Source of the DNA: Lytechinus pictus
Taxonomy: Eukaryota
DNA: 64,000 nt
Direction: 5' to 3'
Assembly: GCF_037042905.1 (NCBI RefSeq)
Contig: NC_087246.1
Coordinates: forward strand, 9,736,001-9,800,000
The notes under the pieces are model-generated. The model saw only the letters and a list, made by a program, of their open reading frames with translations. It ran no database searches and was not told the origin of the DNA. Position 1 is the stretch's first letter. Every line of letters starts with the position of its first letter. This document shows, in pieces, positions 1 to 13,387 of the stretch. The position numbers and the translations under genes are program-made.

Positions 1-250
1 GACAATCCAGTGATCAGACAACTGGGACTATTAAGAATGATTTTATCAAAAGCCAAACCCCTTGGTCTCATGTTCACTGATAAATGAATTCAGAGATATG
101 GATACCAAAGGTTAGGATTGTCCTGGCCAAAAGTATTAGTAGTTAATAGGTACTTTGAATATGTCATAGAAACACTCAGAATATAAATACTCTATACACA
201 TTCAGGAATTTTTGCATTACGAGGTAAGGTTACTACGTGGAGAAACTCAC

Positions 251-382
251 TGCCAAATTATACTGAGTAGCAATCCTGATGAGATTCTGTGCTAATCCAT
301 TAAGGAGCCTGGTACGAAGAGACATGTCATCAAAATCATGTCTGAAATGGAAGGCTATACTGTCCACGGTTATCAATTTCAC
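251..382 (-). CDS. RAD51C: RAD51C coding exon 6 (Walker B)
   Basis: [44 protein letters not shown]; acceptor TTTTCAG, donor GTGAGT. Confidence 0.95.
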
Positions 383-1279
383 CTGAAAATTGAAGATTGG
401 TGAATCAAGAGTGGTAAAAATGGAAAGAGACAGGGGAAGAAGAGAGGGATGTTGATAGTACAAGTAAGTGGTGTGCACAAGGCAGCAAAGCCAAGGCAAA
501 GATCCCTTGAAATCAAAATTAATAATTACAAAGGATGAATGTTTGAAATATACTGTAATAGTGCCACTTTATTATTCATTTAAACTAATCATTGTCTGGA
601 AGGAACTGGGTGGTGAAAGGTTGAAGGACTAATAACGTTACTGACAATATTGTCATAATGTGTCCAGTACTTTTGGGCAGGGATTAATTTACCTAGTACA
701 ATAAAATATACAACATCAATACAATTATCCTGTTATCTAATGAAACTAGGTAGGCACTATTAAACCAGATATGAACCAATAGCGCCATCTCAAGTCCTCA
801 ACTACTCATATCTGGCCAGTTTCCTGACCCATAATGCTAGTGTAGTCTAGTAATATAGACCCACTTGAATGATAACATGTTAATTAACTACTCAATACAT
901 TTATACCGCAATAATTATGTTAACAAGTAGCAAAACAATTACTTTTCCTCTCAAAACATTTTAGTTCCTCTATACAAATTTATAGGTCAATTTATTCTCT
1001 GTAATATTAGTAGATATCTGAAAATGTATATTTTAAGACTATTTATTTATAACACACATTCAATGAGAGACTACACACAGTTCACTCCCCCTTAAAAAAC
1101 TTATTAATTCAGTAGCAGGCCTCACATTTTGATATTTTAAGGACAATTTTTTGATTGAAAAAAAGGTACCCATGGGCGGTCTTAGGTCAATAAAAACCCT
1201 GCAGTGGTCTTCTGCTTAAATGGACCTAATCATCCCTGTCAAAGATTTTTTTTAGACATCTTATCTTGGGAATAATTAC

Positions 1280-1401
1280 CTTTGGATTTTTGGATAAGAA
1301 TTCTGGCAAGAGGTTGACAAGTGCAATGAGCTCCACATGATTATGACAACGGAAGTAATGGATACTAGATAATATCTTCTCAGTGGTGAAGTCTTGCAAG
1401 C
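1280..1401 (-). CDS. RAD51C: RAD51C coding exon 5
   Basis: [41 protein letters not shown]; acceptor TTCAG, donor GTAATT. Confidence 0.94.
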
Positions 1402-1901
1402 CTGAACAGTAGAACACATGGAGGTAATAGTCGAATAATAATGCATAATTCACGATTCTAATGATGACAGAGATAGCAAAACATGATTGAATACATCTAA
1501 AGTATAGTGCTCTTCTATCACTTCAAGCAATGATCATTTCCATATCAGTGAAAACTTAAGAATAGAATCATTTAACAAAAATTGAGATAAGGAAGGCTGT
1601 TTAAAAAACATGTATATGGGTTAAAAGGCTATGCTCAAAGAGAAAAAAAATAATGTATTGAGAGTTGTCTGTTCAATATTCATTGTTCATTTATTAAACC
1701 CTTTTGAAATAGAAAGAGCAACATTGATACCATGGATTCCCTCATTCCCTCCATCCCCTCACTTGCCTTAATAGTTAATACAAAAGGGAGTTTATCATGA
1801 TAAGCATGCCACAAGCTACTGAGATCATCGCTTGTGAATGGATGAGAGCAGATCACTGTGGAGCCACTGTGTGAAATGCTTCCTAGACCTAGACCACACA
1901 C

Positions 1902-2068
1902 CTGTTTGATCGCCTGTACCGGCCATTGTGTAACAATGTTCTGATGCAGCCTGAGCTATGTCCCATGCTCTCTTAGGTATGAAGCTACCCTCCGTATCAA
2001 TGTACACTGCTTCACCTTCCACTCCTCCAAGACATCCTGGTATCTGGACATCCACACACAGCTGGATG
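1902..2068 (-). CDS. RAD51C: RAD51C coding exon 4
   Basis: [56 protein letters not shown]; acceptor TAG, donor GTGTGT. Confidence 0.94.
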
Positions 2069-2398
2069 CTATTATCAGAAGAAATAGAAAAAGAATTCCT
2101 TATCCTTTCTACATAAACAAATTAACAAAATAAATCCTACACACAGGGAAAGAGGGACCAAATATTATTTTACTTTGAAGAAAGGAAAATTCATCTTGAA
2201 ATAAAAGGACCATATGAAATTTAGAGGATAAAAAAGAACTGGCCACAAAATGAAAATGGAAGTAAAAAAAAAACACTTATATGATAGGGCAGGGAATTGT
2301 ATTTTGCAAGAAAAAAAATCCAAACAAAAAATAAATCTTATAGACGCATATAAATTATGTCACAAAAAATGATGGGTAACAAAAAGTTTGATACTTAA

Positions 2399-2995
2399 AG
2401 GACAAGTCCACCCCAACCAAAAGTGGATTTGAATAAAAAGAGAAAAATCCAACAAGCTCAACACTGAAAATTTCATCAAATTGGACGGAAAATTTGAAAG
2501 TTATGACATTTTAAAGTTTCGCTTAATTTCACAAAATAGTTATATTCACATCCTGGTCCGTATACAAATGAGGGAACTGATGACATCACACACTCACTAT
2601 TTATTTTGTATTTTATTATATGAAATATGAAATATTCTAATTTTCTCCTCATTGTCCTGTGAAACAAAGTTTTATTTTGCACTGAACATGTGGAATTACC
2701 ATTGTTTAACATTTTATGGTTCAGTCAAGTTGGTCTGTATTGTCAAATCTTTAAAAATTGAAATATTGTATGATTCACACAATAAAAAACAAAAGAAATA
2801 GTTAGTGATGGACATCATTGATTCTTTCATTTGCATGTGACTAAGTTGTGCATATAACTATTTTGTGAAAAATAAGCGAAACTTTAAAATAACTTTCTTA
2901 TTTTACATCCTATTTTGATGAAATTTTCAGCATTATGCTTGTCTGATTTTTCTCTATTGATTCAAGTCAACATTTTTCTGAGGTGGACTTGACCT
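2399..2995. mobile_element. Kolobok/T2-type MITE, family A
   Basis: TTAA-AGGACAAGTCCACC...GGTGGACTTGACCT-TTAA, internally palindromic. Related copies at 8190, 30504, 41029 and 42560. Confidence 0.85.
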
Positions 2996-3204
2996 TTAAT
3001 ATTCGTTACATGGGCAGCCTCATATAGATGGCACACTCATCTTGTTTCAATTTTTTTTGGAATAAGTGTGTGTATTCAAAAATGAAAAAAATATTAGTAA
3101 TTAATTATGTAGTTCTCATAGACTCTGAACAGAAACAAGGTGGCTCCTACAGGCATTGTGTTGCAATCTCTCAAAGCAAAATATAAAAAGGCACTGATAC
3201 TGAC

Positions 3205-3379
3205 CATGTCTGCGTTTTTCCAACACCTGGAGCACCACAGATCTCTGTGATCTTGCTCATTGGTACACCACCTCCAAGCATCTCATCAAGTTCTTCACAG
3301 AATGTGATGATGGGTGGTAGGGACTGCTCTTTCTGAAGCATCTGAAAGGCTGTAGCTGTTCTCTTTCTATCCCCTACAC
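3205..3379 (-). CDS. RAD51C: RAD51C coding exon 3 (Walker A)
   Basis: GVGDRKRTATAFQMLQKEQSLPPIITFCEELDEMLGGGVPMSKITEICGAPGVGKTQT; acceptor TTGCAG, donor GTCAGT. Confidence 0.95.
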
Positions 3380-3469
3380 CTGCAAGATTGGTCAATCCAA
3401 ATGGGAAATTGACACATGATGATCTCATTTGCCTGTTTGTGAGTTTTGGGAGATGTAGGAATTAATGAA

Positions 3470-5330
3470 GTATTTGATGGATGGATAATATCAATGGATA
3501 GGATAATAGATGCAACAGTATGTATTGGACTGATACATGTAGATTGGTAATTAGATGGAATTGTTAATAAAAGGGATGGAAGACAGATAGATAGATCATA
3601 GATAAATGGATGGACGGATAGACAGACAGACAGATAGATGGATAGATAGATAGGTCGATAGATAGATAGGGCCATGTGTCATGAGGTCGCCCACCAAAAA
3701 GGGTTGTACTGTTATATATTTTGGTTAATCTGTAGAGTTATTTTTACATATTTTTAAAACCATATGAGCTATGCCAACAAGTTTGGTATTATATTGAAGC
3801 TGAATTCATTGGCTAAAAATGTACACAGTTTCCTTACTCTAAGATAAATAGAACTTGGCTATCTTTAAAGACAGAGCACCAGTGTTGATGCCGGAAGTGG
3901 TGCTGCCGGAGCAGTGCCACCTGTACAAAGTCAATAGAGATTCTCAATATTTTGTGCTATTTTGGGTAAAACGTTAATATTTTTTGTGTAAATTTGACTT
4001 CTAATGACAAATTTGGTATCAAGTGAAAGCTAGAACATTCCTCTTTACTGTTAATTGTTTGAAAAATAAGTTTGGCAATGTCATTGTCATTTAAAACAAA
4101 AAACAAGGTAAAATAAATTGAAAAAGAAATAGAAAAATTGTCAAAATTGTTCACTTTTCTCAAAAATTCTTCCATATTGGCACATATTTTCTTTACAATT
4201 ATTCTTAATTTCAATGTAGCTTTTGTGTAAAAACAGAAATGTGATTTCTACTATTCTGTTGATGAAAGTGATACCTAGTTTTGTTACAGATCTTAAAGGT
4301 CAAATGACACAGGTCAGAGACATTCACACTAACAATATGTGAAGAATCTTAGAATAATCAATTGGTTTAATGCTATCACAATTTGCTTTAAATTGTTTTA
4401 ATACCTTAAAATCTGATGAACACAGCAGATATACCTACCATGTAATGGTAATGCAGGCGAAAATAGCACACACAATATATCAATTTTTTGAAAAATATTT
4501 GCATAACTTTTGGTTGATTTTGAAGTAATTTCTTTACCATAAACCCAATAAAACTACCGGTATACATTGATATACACGTCTAACTCTGTACTTTTACAGA
4601 TATATGATTATTTTGGTCATAGGGGGACTATACAAATTATTATGATCACTAATATGAGATTTAAAAAATTATCAATATTTTTCTATTCAACACAATATAA
4701 CACTTGCCTTACACCTAAAAATATTTGGGTTCAATAAGCAATTTCCTTTCAGAAAATGTACACTTCTACTATAATAGTTAGTGAGATAGAGACTTTTGAA
4801 ATTAAGGAGGCGACCCAAAAACAAAAATCACCATGTAATGCCAAAGTAGGTGACTTCATGACACATGACCACAGATAGATGGATGGACGGACGGAATAGA
4901 TCGATAGTTGAAGTGATAGATAAGGATAATTTGATAGGCTTGATAGGTGGTTGGATAGATGAATGGATGTAAATGTGGAAAGATTGATGGATCAATGGGC
5001 ATATATGGATAGATTGATGGCTGGGGAGAGAAATAGAAAGATGAATGGATTGGGAGATGGATGGAGAAACAGAAATATGGATGAACATGGGGATGGATGG
5101 TAATATGGATAGATAGATGGATGGTAATATGGATATATAATGGAGAGATAAAATGATGAACGGGTAAGTGGAAATACATAATAGGAGGATTGATATATCA
5201 GGTGATGGATAGAGAGTGAAAGGTGGACTGATGAACAGATAGAAGGATACAAACTTGTATTAATTGAATGATAAAGAGACTGAGACAAATGGCTTGATTA
5301 GAAAATAAATAAATGAATGAAATAAATCTA
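3470..5330. repeat. Degenerate (GATA/GGAT)n microsatellite, split by a TIR element
   Basis: GATA/GATG/GACA units at ~3470-3669 and ~4871-5330. Confidence 0.85.
3670..4870. mobile_element. Non-autonomous TIR element with GG...CC termini
   Basis: TIRs GGCCATGTGTCATGAGGTCGCC / GGTGACTTCATGACACATGACC. Flanks ATAGATAG / ACAGATAG may be an 8-bp TSD. No ORF. Confidence 0.75.
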
Positions 5331-5452
5331 AATAATAAAGGCATGATTAAAAACATAAATATTATTTGTGAATTGGAAATCATGCTGTTTCACTGGAAAT
5401 GTTAAACCCAGTACTCTGATAAAAACATGATGCACCATGTTATTTTAAGCAC

Positions 5453-5641
5453 CTGATATTGAGCCAGTAACGGGAAGTTTGTTGGATTTTAGTCCTGAAC
5501 ATTCAGAGCCTGATGATATCCCTTTTAATAGCTCCTCGTCTTCAAGATCTTTCTCTGATTTCTCGTGCAGCACAGGATTAATTGCTCCCGACTTAAATGT
5601 CTTGATCAGCTCCAGAGCATCCTCTTTAGAAATATTTATCT
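5453..5641 (-). CDS. RAD51C: RAD51C coding exon 2
   Basis: Acceptor TTTTCAG; EINISKEDALELIKTFKSG...GSISG; phase 1 to phase 1; donor AG|GTGCTT is weaker than consensus. Confidence 0.82.
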
Positions 5642-6830
5642 CTGAAAAGGTGTTAGGTTAAAGAAAAAAACTATGACAATTACATCTACACAATATAATA
5701 CTAGAAGAAAAAAAAGAGAATTATTAAGTTGATACTTGACTTTGAGAATGATATAAAACCACAAAAATATGCCATTAAGAATCAATTTTATTGACAAAGA
5801 CAAGATTTGTAATTGTCACTGACCACATTCTACATTAACTTAATTTATACTAAATCCAAAAATGTTGGAATTATCCTGCTTTAAGTCACCAGTTCATTTA
5901 CTGATGTCAAATTTTGTCTTCTCTCTTCTGAGTTGTGTGCACTAATTACTTTTTGTAGCTTACAAAATCTATCTGAAAGAGTACAAAGCTGTCACCTGCA
6001 ATGATAAATACACAGCAGCGAGTACAATGGTAAAAAAAAAAAAAACAATGATGTGCGTTCGGTACTTGTCTCTCGTACTGTATACTGACAGGGATATATC
6101 AAAAACCTAATTGAAATTTAAATATGCATCCTATCATCAGAGTCAGGGTTGGGCTCAATTACAATTACAATTAGGTAATTGAAGAAATGTTAAATTACAA
6201 TTACTTTTCAATTAAATTAATTTTTTTTTCAATTACAATTACTTTTGTCAATTACAATTTCAATTACTTTCATGAAATCAATTTATATTTTGTATGTAGT
6301 GTCATCCATTTCAACTTAATTCTATGTTTGAGAGAAACTGACAAAATGAATGATTATTAGCTTAGAGAGCATTGATCCTGCCTATCACTCCCTTCAATGC
6401 TAAAGTCAACTGACATTCTCAATAATATGCAGATCTGCATGCTTTAGTTTCATTTGTAGAAATCATGATGTACAACATGAATGTAAACTTGAATTGAGAG
6501 TTGTGACCTCGTTCATCAAGGGCTGATCCAGCTTTCAACTATAGGGGGCAGGAAAAATATTTTCATCCACTAAAAACTCACTTTTTGAGGAGGTATTCCC
6601 AACTTAATTCTAAAGATTTTAGTAAACATCTTACGTTTTCTTACTAACAAAATCAGGCCACTACATGAGTTTATACGAAATGTAATTTTGCTAGTATAAA
6701 AAATTACATAGTTTGATTCCGTGTTAGAACCTATTTTGTTTTGCAAATTTGTCCCAAATATTTCAGATGTTCAATTTGTGCACTTGTTATAGCAATGTAT
6801 CCTCTTTCCTCTGGCTCCACATCATGGGAA

Positions 6831-8154
6831 CAGTGGCGTAGCTACGGGGGGGCATGGGGGGGCACGTGCCCCCCCTGAGATTTGGTGTGCCCCCCCAGGT
6901 GCCCCCCCTGAAAAAAATTGGCAGAGCAAAAAAAAAGGGAGAAAGGAGAAAAGAAAAAAAAGAAGAAAGACAGAAGAGGAAAATAAGAGGAGGAAGACGA
7001 GTGAATGAAATAATGTGAGGGGAAGACTTGCAAAAAAAAAATCTTTCATGTTACCATATAAAATGTTTGCTTGCGCTTCGCGCCAGAATTGCCTGTTCGA
7101 TGAGATTCATATCTTGCTCAATAGGCTGATATGGAGCAAGTTTTGAAGTCTATGTACAAAACATATTTTAGCTCGGACATCGAGCTTTCATATTTTTGTT
7201 TTCATTTACAAATTTAAGTGCTCTGTAAAATGTCCGTTTTTATGGTCTACATATCAGCATTTTAAGCTCACGCTGCGTGGTCACATTGTTTGATTTGCCA
7301 AGTTCATATTGTCTAGGTGTATTCCATAATGTTCCATAAAACAAATGTATTCAGAATGCTCAGATTCTAGGTCTAAATCTAAAACATGCGCGATAGCCTG
7401 CATGTTCTTTATTTAGAATGTACTTAAATTATCCAGTTTCACATCAGAATATCAATAATTGTCTGCTCACGCTTCATGATCGCATTATTAATGATACCCA
7501 ATTAACTATATCCTATTTATGATTTACAAAATATGACTAGAGTGTCCCGCTTTTAGGTCTGAGATCTCAATTTTCTACCTCTCGCGCTTCGCGCTCGCAT
7601 CAATTGTTTAGTTACATACCTATCCCATTTATTAATACAAAAAGTGCTTAGAATGACCATTTTTAGGTCGGAATTTTCACGCTCGCATTATTGAAATATA
7701 TACCGTCTTCGTGGGTAACTGTAAGCAGTCCTTAACAGGTCCCTTTTCGATAATGCTAGAACAGTTAATAAAAATTTCTGCTCGCGCTTGGCGTTCGCAG
7801 TAACCATCTAGTTACATACGAATCTTGTTCAGGATCACACATAACATTGCCCAGAATATTAAATTTTCAGGACAAAATACATGAAAGTAAAAAAAAATCG
7901 CTCGCGCTTCGCGCTCGCACTTTTTATAAGGCTTATGAGATTATTTCATGTTAATGTTGTTTTATAAGAATAAAACTAAGAAGTGACTGATCGGGAAAAT
8001 ATAGGTGAAGATAATTTCGGGCACCGTCCCCTATTGGCGAAAGTCGGATCCGCCTTTGTGACACATACACACACACCTAAAAAATGGTGCCCCTCCTGAA
8101 AAAGCAAGGACCCCCCAGTGCCCCCCCAGGAAAAAAATCCTAGCTACGCCACTG
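6831..8154. mobile_element. hAT-type MITE
   Basis: TIRs CAGTGGCGTAGCTA / TAGCTACGCCACTG; perfect 8-bp TSD CATGGGAA; internal GCTCGCGCTTCGCGCTCGC repeats. Confidence 0.9.
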
Positions 8155-8189
8155 CATGGGAAAGGATATATTTGCATGCAAGAGATTAA

Positions 8190-8727
8190 AGGTCAAGTCC
8201 ACCCCAGCAAAATATTGATTTGAATAAGTAGAGAAAAAAACTAGCATAACACTAAAAATTTCACCACAATCGGATGTAAAATAAGAAAGTTATGGCAACT
8301 TAAAGTTTCGCATATTTTTCACAAAACAGTGTCATGCAAATGAGTCAGTTGATGATGTCCATCACTCACTATTTCTTTTATTTCATTTTTTACAGATTTG
8401 ACCATATAAAGACCGACTTGACTGAACCATATACATGTAGCATTAAACTGCAAAGCTAATTCCACATGTTCAGGGAGGAATTAATCACTGTTTCATTTGA
8501 CAATAGAAAATTAGAATATTTCATATCTCATATAATAAAATACAAAAGAAATAGTGAGTGGATGACATCATCAGTCTCCTCATTTGCATACCGACCAGGA
8601 TGTGCATATATAACTGTTTTGTGAAATTAAGAGAACCTTTAAAATGTCAGAACTTTCTTATTTTACATCCGATTTTGATGAAATTTTCAGTGTTATGCTT
8701 GTTGGATTTTTCTTTCTTTATTCAAAT
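8190..8727. mobile_element. Kolobok/T2-type MITE family A, right end missing
   Basis: TTAA-AGGTCAAGTCCACCCC start; body similar to the 2399 copy. Confidence 0.8.
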
Positions 8728-9460
8728 CCAGTAATTGAAGTCAATTACAATTTTTCAATTACAATTACTTTCCCTTTAAAAATTTCAATTACAAATTGCA
8801 ATTACTCAAAAAATATAATCAATTACATAATTGATCAATAGAGCCTAACCCTGAAAATTCAGAGCTCTGGTCTGGTGTACTACTACTAGAACTTAGAAGA
8901 TATCTGCTTTTTATGGCCTAATTTGTAAGAAAACTAAGATTCGTCATGAGCACTAAGTTAGGAGCGGAGCAACTGTGCAAGAAATTTTGCACTTTTACTT
9001 TTTTAGAATGCAAAATTAGGTAAATTTTAGCACTTAGAAGGCATTATAATATTGGCATTAGGATGAAGAAAAATAAAACTAAAAAAGAAAAAAAAATTCT
9101 TGAAAAGTGGGAGAATGTATTATTAATGTTACTCTACGTGTTCGGGCTGCCGCAGTAACTCCACCCCCCCCCCCCTGAAACTGAAGGATATACAGTATCC
9201 CCTCCCAAAATCTTTACGGCCCACCCCCCCCCCCCCCACGAAGCCGGGCCACGATTTATGCCAGCAGTGATTCACACAAATTTATAAACTACTAGTAAGT
9301 TACAAATATTCGGAGTCAGACTCAGATGGCCGATATGGATGCTGGCATATGATATGGCTTCTAAGTTCTAGGGAGAAACCAACTAACATAATTGTAAATA
9401 TATGGGACTACAAACGAAACTTTTGCTGGATAAAAACAGGATATGTCGCTGCTTGCTTAC

Positions 9461-9578
9461 CCTTGCTGAGTTCTGATGGTTTCAGCTCCAAGATATCAGA
9501 AGTAGAACTAAATCCCGCATTGTTCAGCTTCAGTCTGAAGGATGGAGGTATAGGAAAGCTATTTATGTCACGCTGCAT
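9461..9578 (-). CDS. RAD51C: RAD51C coding exon 1
   Basis: MQRDINSFPIPPSFRLKLNNAGFSSTSDILELKPSELSK, resembling the vertebrate RAD51C N-terminus MQRDLVSFPLSP...KPSELSK. Donor G|GTAAGC. Confidence 0.93.
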
Positions 9579-11529
9579 CGTGAGGTAAATTGTAAAAACA
9601 GGATATCAAATTGAATTCCCCGCGCATGTTTCCAATGTCGGCAGTCGCGTGATGATCGCGCCGGGCTGATGGCCGGGCGGCGCGGCCGGTCGGTCGATCG
9701 GGCTGCTGTCCGTCCGTACGTGGCTAAGTCTAAGCCTCTGTGGGGTCTTCTTATAACATTAACAGTAACATCCAAACGCATCAATATTCAGAAGATAAAG
9801 AAGACTAAGGCGCGCCGGGGCCCTGCCCCTGGGCCTGGTATACTGCCTGGTTGCATGCTGCTGAAGCTTGAACTTGGCCTAGAATGAATGGAGCCGAGCA
9901 TGTTAATGTTTGGACCTCATTGGACTTGGTCTGACTTGGTACTAACGTTAGGAGTGGAGCCGAGTCTGAGGTAGACCCATATAAAAAGGTCTATTTCTTT
10001 CTGGGATGTGCTCTGCTGAGCTGAGACTTCATCAGGCTCCACTCCGTCAAAAAAAAATCAGAAAATTTTGTTAAAAATAAAAAACTCCTCCGCAACAGGG
10101 CAGGGGACATATTCAGTACGGTATCAATCATCAGTCTAAAATTAAAAAACGTTAAACTTAAAGTTAATCGCACTAACGTTGTAGCAACGCATTAGGTGTG
10201 AGTGAAGCTGAGGCGATGACGGTCGACATTAAGTAATTCTGGATTAGGCCTTTAAATAAGATAAAAGTAAAAACTAAAAAAATACTCAAAAAAAAAAGAA
10301 AGAATTTACACGAATTAAATTATTGAGGTTATCTTTGGTAATGATTTCCGCTTGATCTCGAATTTCGGCTTCTCTCATAGGCCTACATACAATATGTCAG
10401 TTTTGCTTTGTGAAATAAATATGATAAGCAGTTCGATAAGGGGAACTTTGGATAATTCAAATTTATGGGCAACTAAATTAAAAATAAGGTCTATGAATGA
10501 AATAGTGCAGATACTAACTATTGTTTAATCAAGTACAATTTTATTGATCTAATTCCTAGATTTGATCCCTAACAGAGTCTAGTATGCTTTGAATTTGGAT
10601 CAGTTTGAAGGTAGCAAGCACTTTTGTGTAGATCTACAAATAACTTATGTCCCTAAAACCAAGGATAAACAATAAAACTTACATTCAGTTGTTGGATGGG
10701 TGGGCCGTAACGTAAGTAATTGGAGTGTTTAAACATATATTTTTAAATTTCTTCTCCTTCACAGCCCAGACGCGGTAGACGGCTAGCTACGTACTCGTAC
10801 ACAGTGTGAGGGACATTAGTCCCCATTGCCCCCCCCCTCAAGCCTTAAGGGGATTTCTAATTTTTCTACATCTAACATTAAAGTAGATCGAACTTAACTT
10901 CCATTGATAGTGGATATCTTGCATGTCCATGTCTCGCTCAGCTGAGAAATACCAGCAAAAGGGATGCAACTCTGTCTTTGCTGTATAGTCATGGTAGCTT
11001 GTGTAGTAGATCTAGTAACAGGTAGTCCCGAGTTAACGTTAGATATGTATTTGTGATATGGACGAGTTCAGAACTAAGCAATTTGTGCATGTATATACAT
11101 TTTGCTGCACGTTTGGATGAATTTCAATACCATGTACTTGAAAAACTTAGATTATGACGAGATTGCACACTGGAATTCAGTGGTAAAAGGTTGTTTAATA
11201 ACACTAAATAATGATAGCTGACAGGTATTTTTATAACTTTTTCCAAACAAAATGATATTATATTTCTTATTAGTAGTCTATTTTTTCTCCAGATTATTAT
11301 TGACCTTTTTTCTAAGTTCGATCTACTGTACTTGACTATTTACAACTTGAAGAATTTCACTCATCGTTCCATGGCTTGTTTTGCTCAATAGTGAGCAAAT
11401 GTCTAATTTCAGCAGTCAATCTGTTTTAGAAATCGATCTTTTTTATTGTTAAAGGAAACTTTGGCTACCTGGAGAAGAAACTGAGATACTGCTATTCTGC
11501 AATCTGATGTGTGCAAATTCTAAATCACA
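9579..11529. promoter_or_regulatory. Divergent RAD51C/PEX12 upstream region, probable bidirectional promoter and 5'UTRs
   Basis: Start codons point away from each other about 1.95 kb apart. A GC/CpG-rich patch lies at ~9620-9840 in an AT-rich background. A possible UTR acceptor TTTTTTCTCCAG ends at 11292. Confidence 0.55.
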
Positions 11530-11652
11530 ATGGCAGAGTTCGGAGCTCATCTTACTTCAGCAACCACTGACAATCGACCATCATTCTTTGAGGTTCTTGC
11601 CCAAGAGAGCCTAATGGTTACTTTGAGACCTGCTCTGTCCTACTTCTTAAAG
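11530..11652 (+). CDS. PEX12: PEX12 coding exon 1
   Basis: MAEFGAHLTSATTDNRPSFFEVLAQESLMVTLRPALSYFLK; donor GTAAGT. Confidence 0.95.
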
Positions 11653-11819
11653 GTAAGTCAAAGGGTACTCTTCATGAAAACATCATTTTAAAGAATTCAA
11701 CAGCATCCTAGAATATTGTTCTACTACTGCACAATATTGTTGGCTCTCAAAGAACCTAGACTTTGGAGACATTGCATAGAACTTCTAGAAGAATTTTTTT
11801 CTTTTTTTAAATCAATCAT

Positions 11820-12811
11820 TAGTCTTATTTACAAATTTGCAATTGAGGGATTGAATTGGCGTGGCGTCCGTCGTCTGTTGTCCGTCCACAATTTCCAAAT
11901 TCTGCTTCTTCATTTAAAGTCCGATCTCAATTCTGATTGCTTTATTATGATAGCACTAGGTGGGGATTCAAAACTTTTACACAGAATTTTGAAACTCATT
12001 AAATATGCTAATTCATGCACATTTTTCAAAATTCACAAAAAATGCTGTTCCTTCTTTATTTATTGACCGATTTTGAGTTTTTTGCTTCCTTCTGGTAGAT
12101 CTTCATGAGGTTCACAAAACTTCTACACAAAATTTGGCTAGAAAAAATTTTATGCTAATTTATGCAAAATTAATTTATGCATATTTTTAAAAATTCACAT
12201 AAAATGCTTCTTCGTCTTTATTTGATGACCAACTTCGATTTTTTTTTTCATCCATCTGGTAGAGCTACATGAGGGTTACCAAACTTCCACACAGAATTTT
12301 GAAATTTTGACTAGAAAATTATTTATGCTAATTTATGCAACATTTATTCATAAATCACAAAAAATGCCCTTTCTCCTTCATTTGTTGATCAATTTTAATT
12401 TTGTTTCCTTTATATGATAGCTCTAGGTGGGGATACAAAATTTCTACACAGAATTTTTAAATTAATTAAATATGCTAATTTATGCATATTTTTCAAAACT
12501 CACAAAAAATGCTGCTTATTTAGTTGTTGACTGATTTTTTTGTTCCATCTGAGAGCTACATGAGGTTCACCAAGGTTCTACACAGATTCTAGAAATTTTG
12601 ACTAGATAATTATTTATGCTAATTCATACAAATTTTATTCATAAATCACCAAAAAGTGCTTCTCTGTCATTTCTTCATCAATTTCAATTCTGTTTCCTCA
12701 ATTTATGTCTCCAATATAATTCACTACAGTATCAACTGGGATGAAATAAAAAATTGTGTTAAATTTTGTTGCAAGATGCCGGATGAGCTCCACATCATTG
12801 ATGTGCTAGTT
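11820..12811 (+). mobile_element. Tandem-repeat-containing element, Helentron/HINE-like
   Basis: CGTC microsatellite at the start, then repeated ...ACACAGAATTTTGAAA...TATGCTAATTTATGCA...AAATGC units, ending CTAGTT. Confidence 0.55.
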
Positions 12812-13104
12812 TGCTCTTGCAACAGGAAATATAGACTAATTTTCTAGAGTTTATGAAATGATATTGAATGAAAATTTTCAATTTCAATAAAAAACTAATA
12901 TTGCAATCTAAACTTTGTTTGATTTGCGAGGTATTAATGACTTTTCTCTAAAGTGTTTTAGGATTTTCCCCAAAGAATAAAAGGAGTGGTTTATTCAAAG
13001 TCAAGTTTTATATTAGACAACAAATTGAATATTGTATTGTAACTGAATAGATTATTGTTGTATTTGCTTTATGTTAGTGTATAGAGATTATTTTACTTTA
13101 CCAG

Positions 13105-13213
13105 GTACTTGCTGAGAATCACCCTGCTCAGTTTGGAAGACTACATCGATGGTCTGATGAAGTATACTCCACCCTTGATCTTATACTACAGCATCACTTT
13201 CTCACCAACACTA
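13105..13213 (+). CDS. PEX12: PEX12 coding exon 2
   Basis: VLAENHPAQFGRLHRWSDEVYSTLDLILQHHFLTNT; CAG acceptor, GTAAGC donor. Confidence 0.94.
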
Positions 13214-13387
13214 GTAAGCAAATTTAAGTCAGAGACTTCATGAAGGTTAAATTATAATCTGCAACCATCGTCATTGTGAAATGCACTGGAATTTAACTGT
13301 AATAGCTGTAATAACTGTAATAACTAGTTAATTAGTGTTCCCTGGGCATTGTTGTCTAGAAAAGTGAGATGACTTTGTTATGTAAAG

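Larger units (their letters stand above)
6144..8853. mobile_element. hAT-like non-autonomous element with subterminal AATTAC repeats; hosts nested MITEs
   Basis: Termini CAGGGTTGGGCTC / GAGCCTAACCCTG; AATTAC arrays at both ends; TSD not clean. Confidence 0.7.
251..9578 (-). other. RAD51C: RAD51C gene span (DNA repair RAD51 paralog C); 3' part lies outside the window
   Basis: Six GT-AG exons (9461-9578, 5453-5641, 3205-3379, 1902-2068, 1280-1401, 251-382) join into one frame of 301 codons. Recognised from MQRDINSFP..., Walker [17 protein letters not shown], Walker B LITVDS and [20 protein letters not shown]. Confidence 0.96.

Noticed and set aside
3367..5383. Ser/Ile/His/Pro-rich ORFs
   Set aside because: Translations of the GATA/GGAT microsatellite.
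9970..10020. Minus-strand CTGATGA as a third hammerhead
   Set aside because: No convincing stem II closing onto a GAAA, and no stem I.
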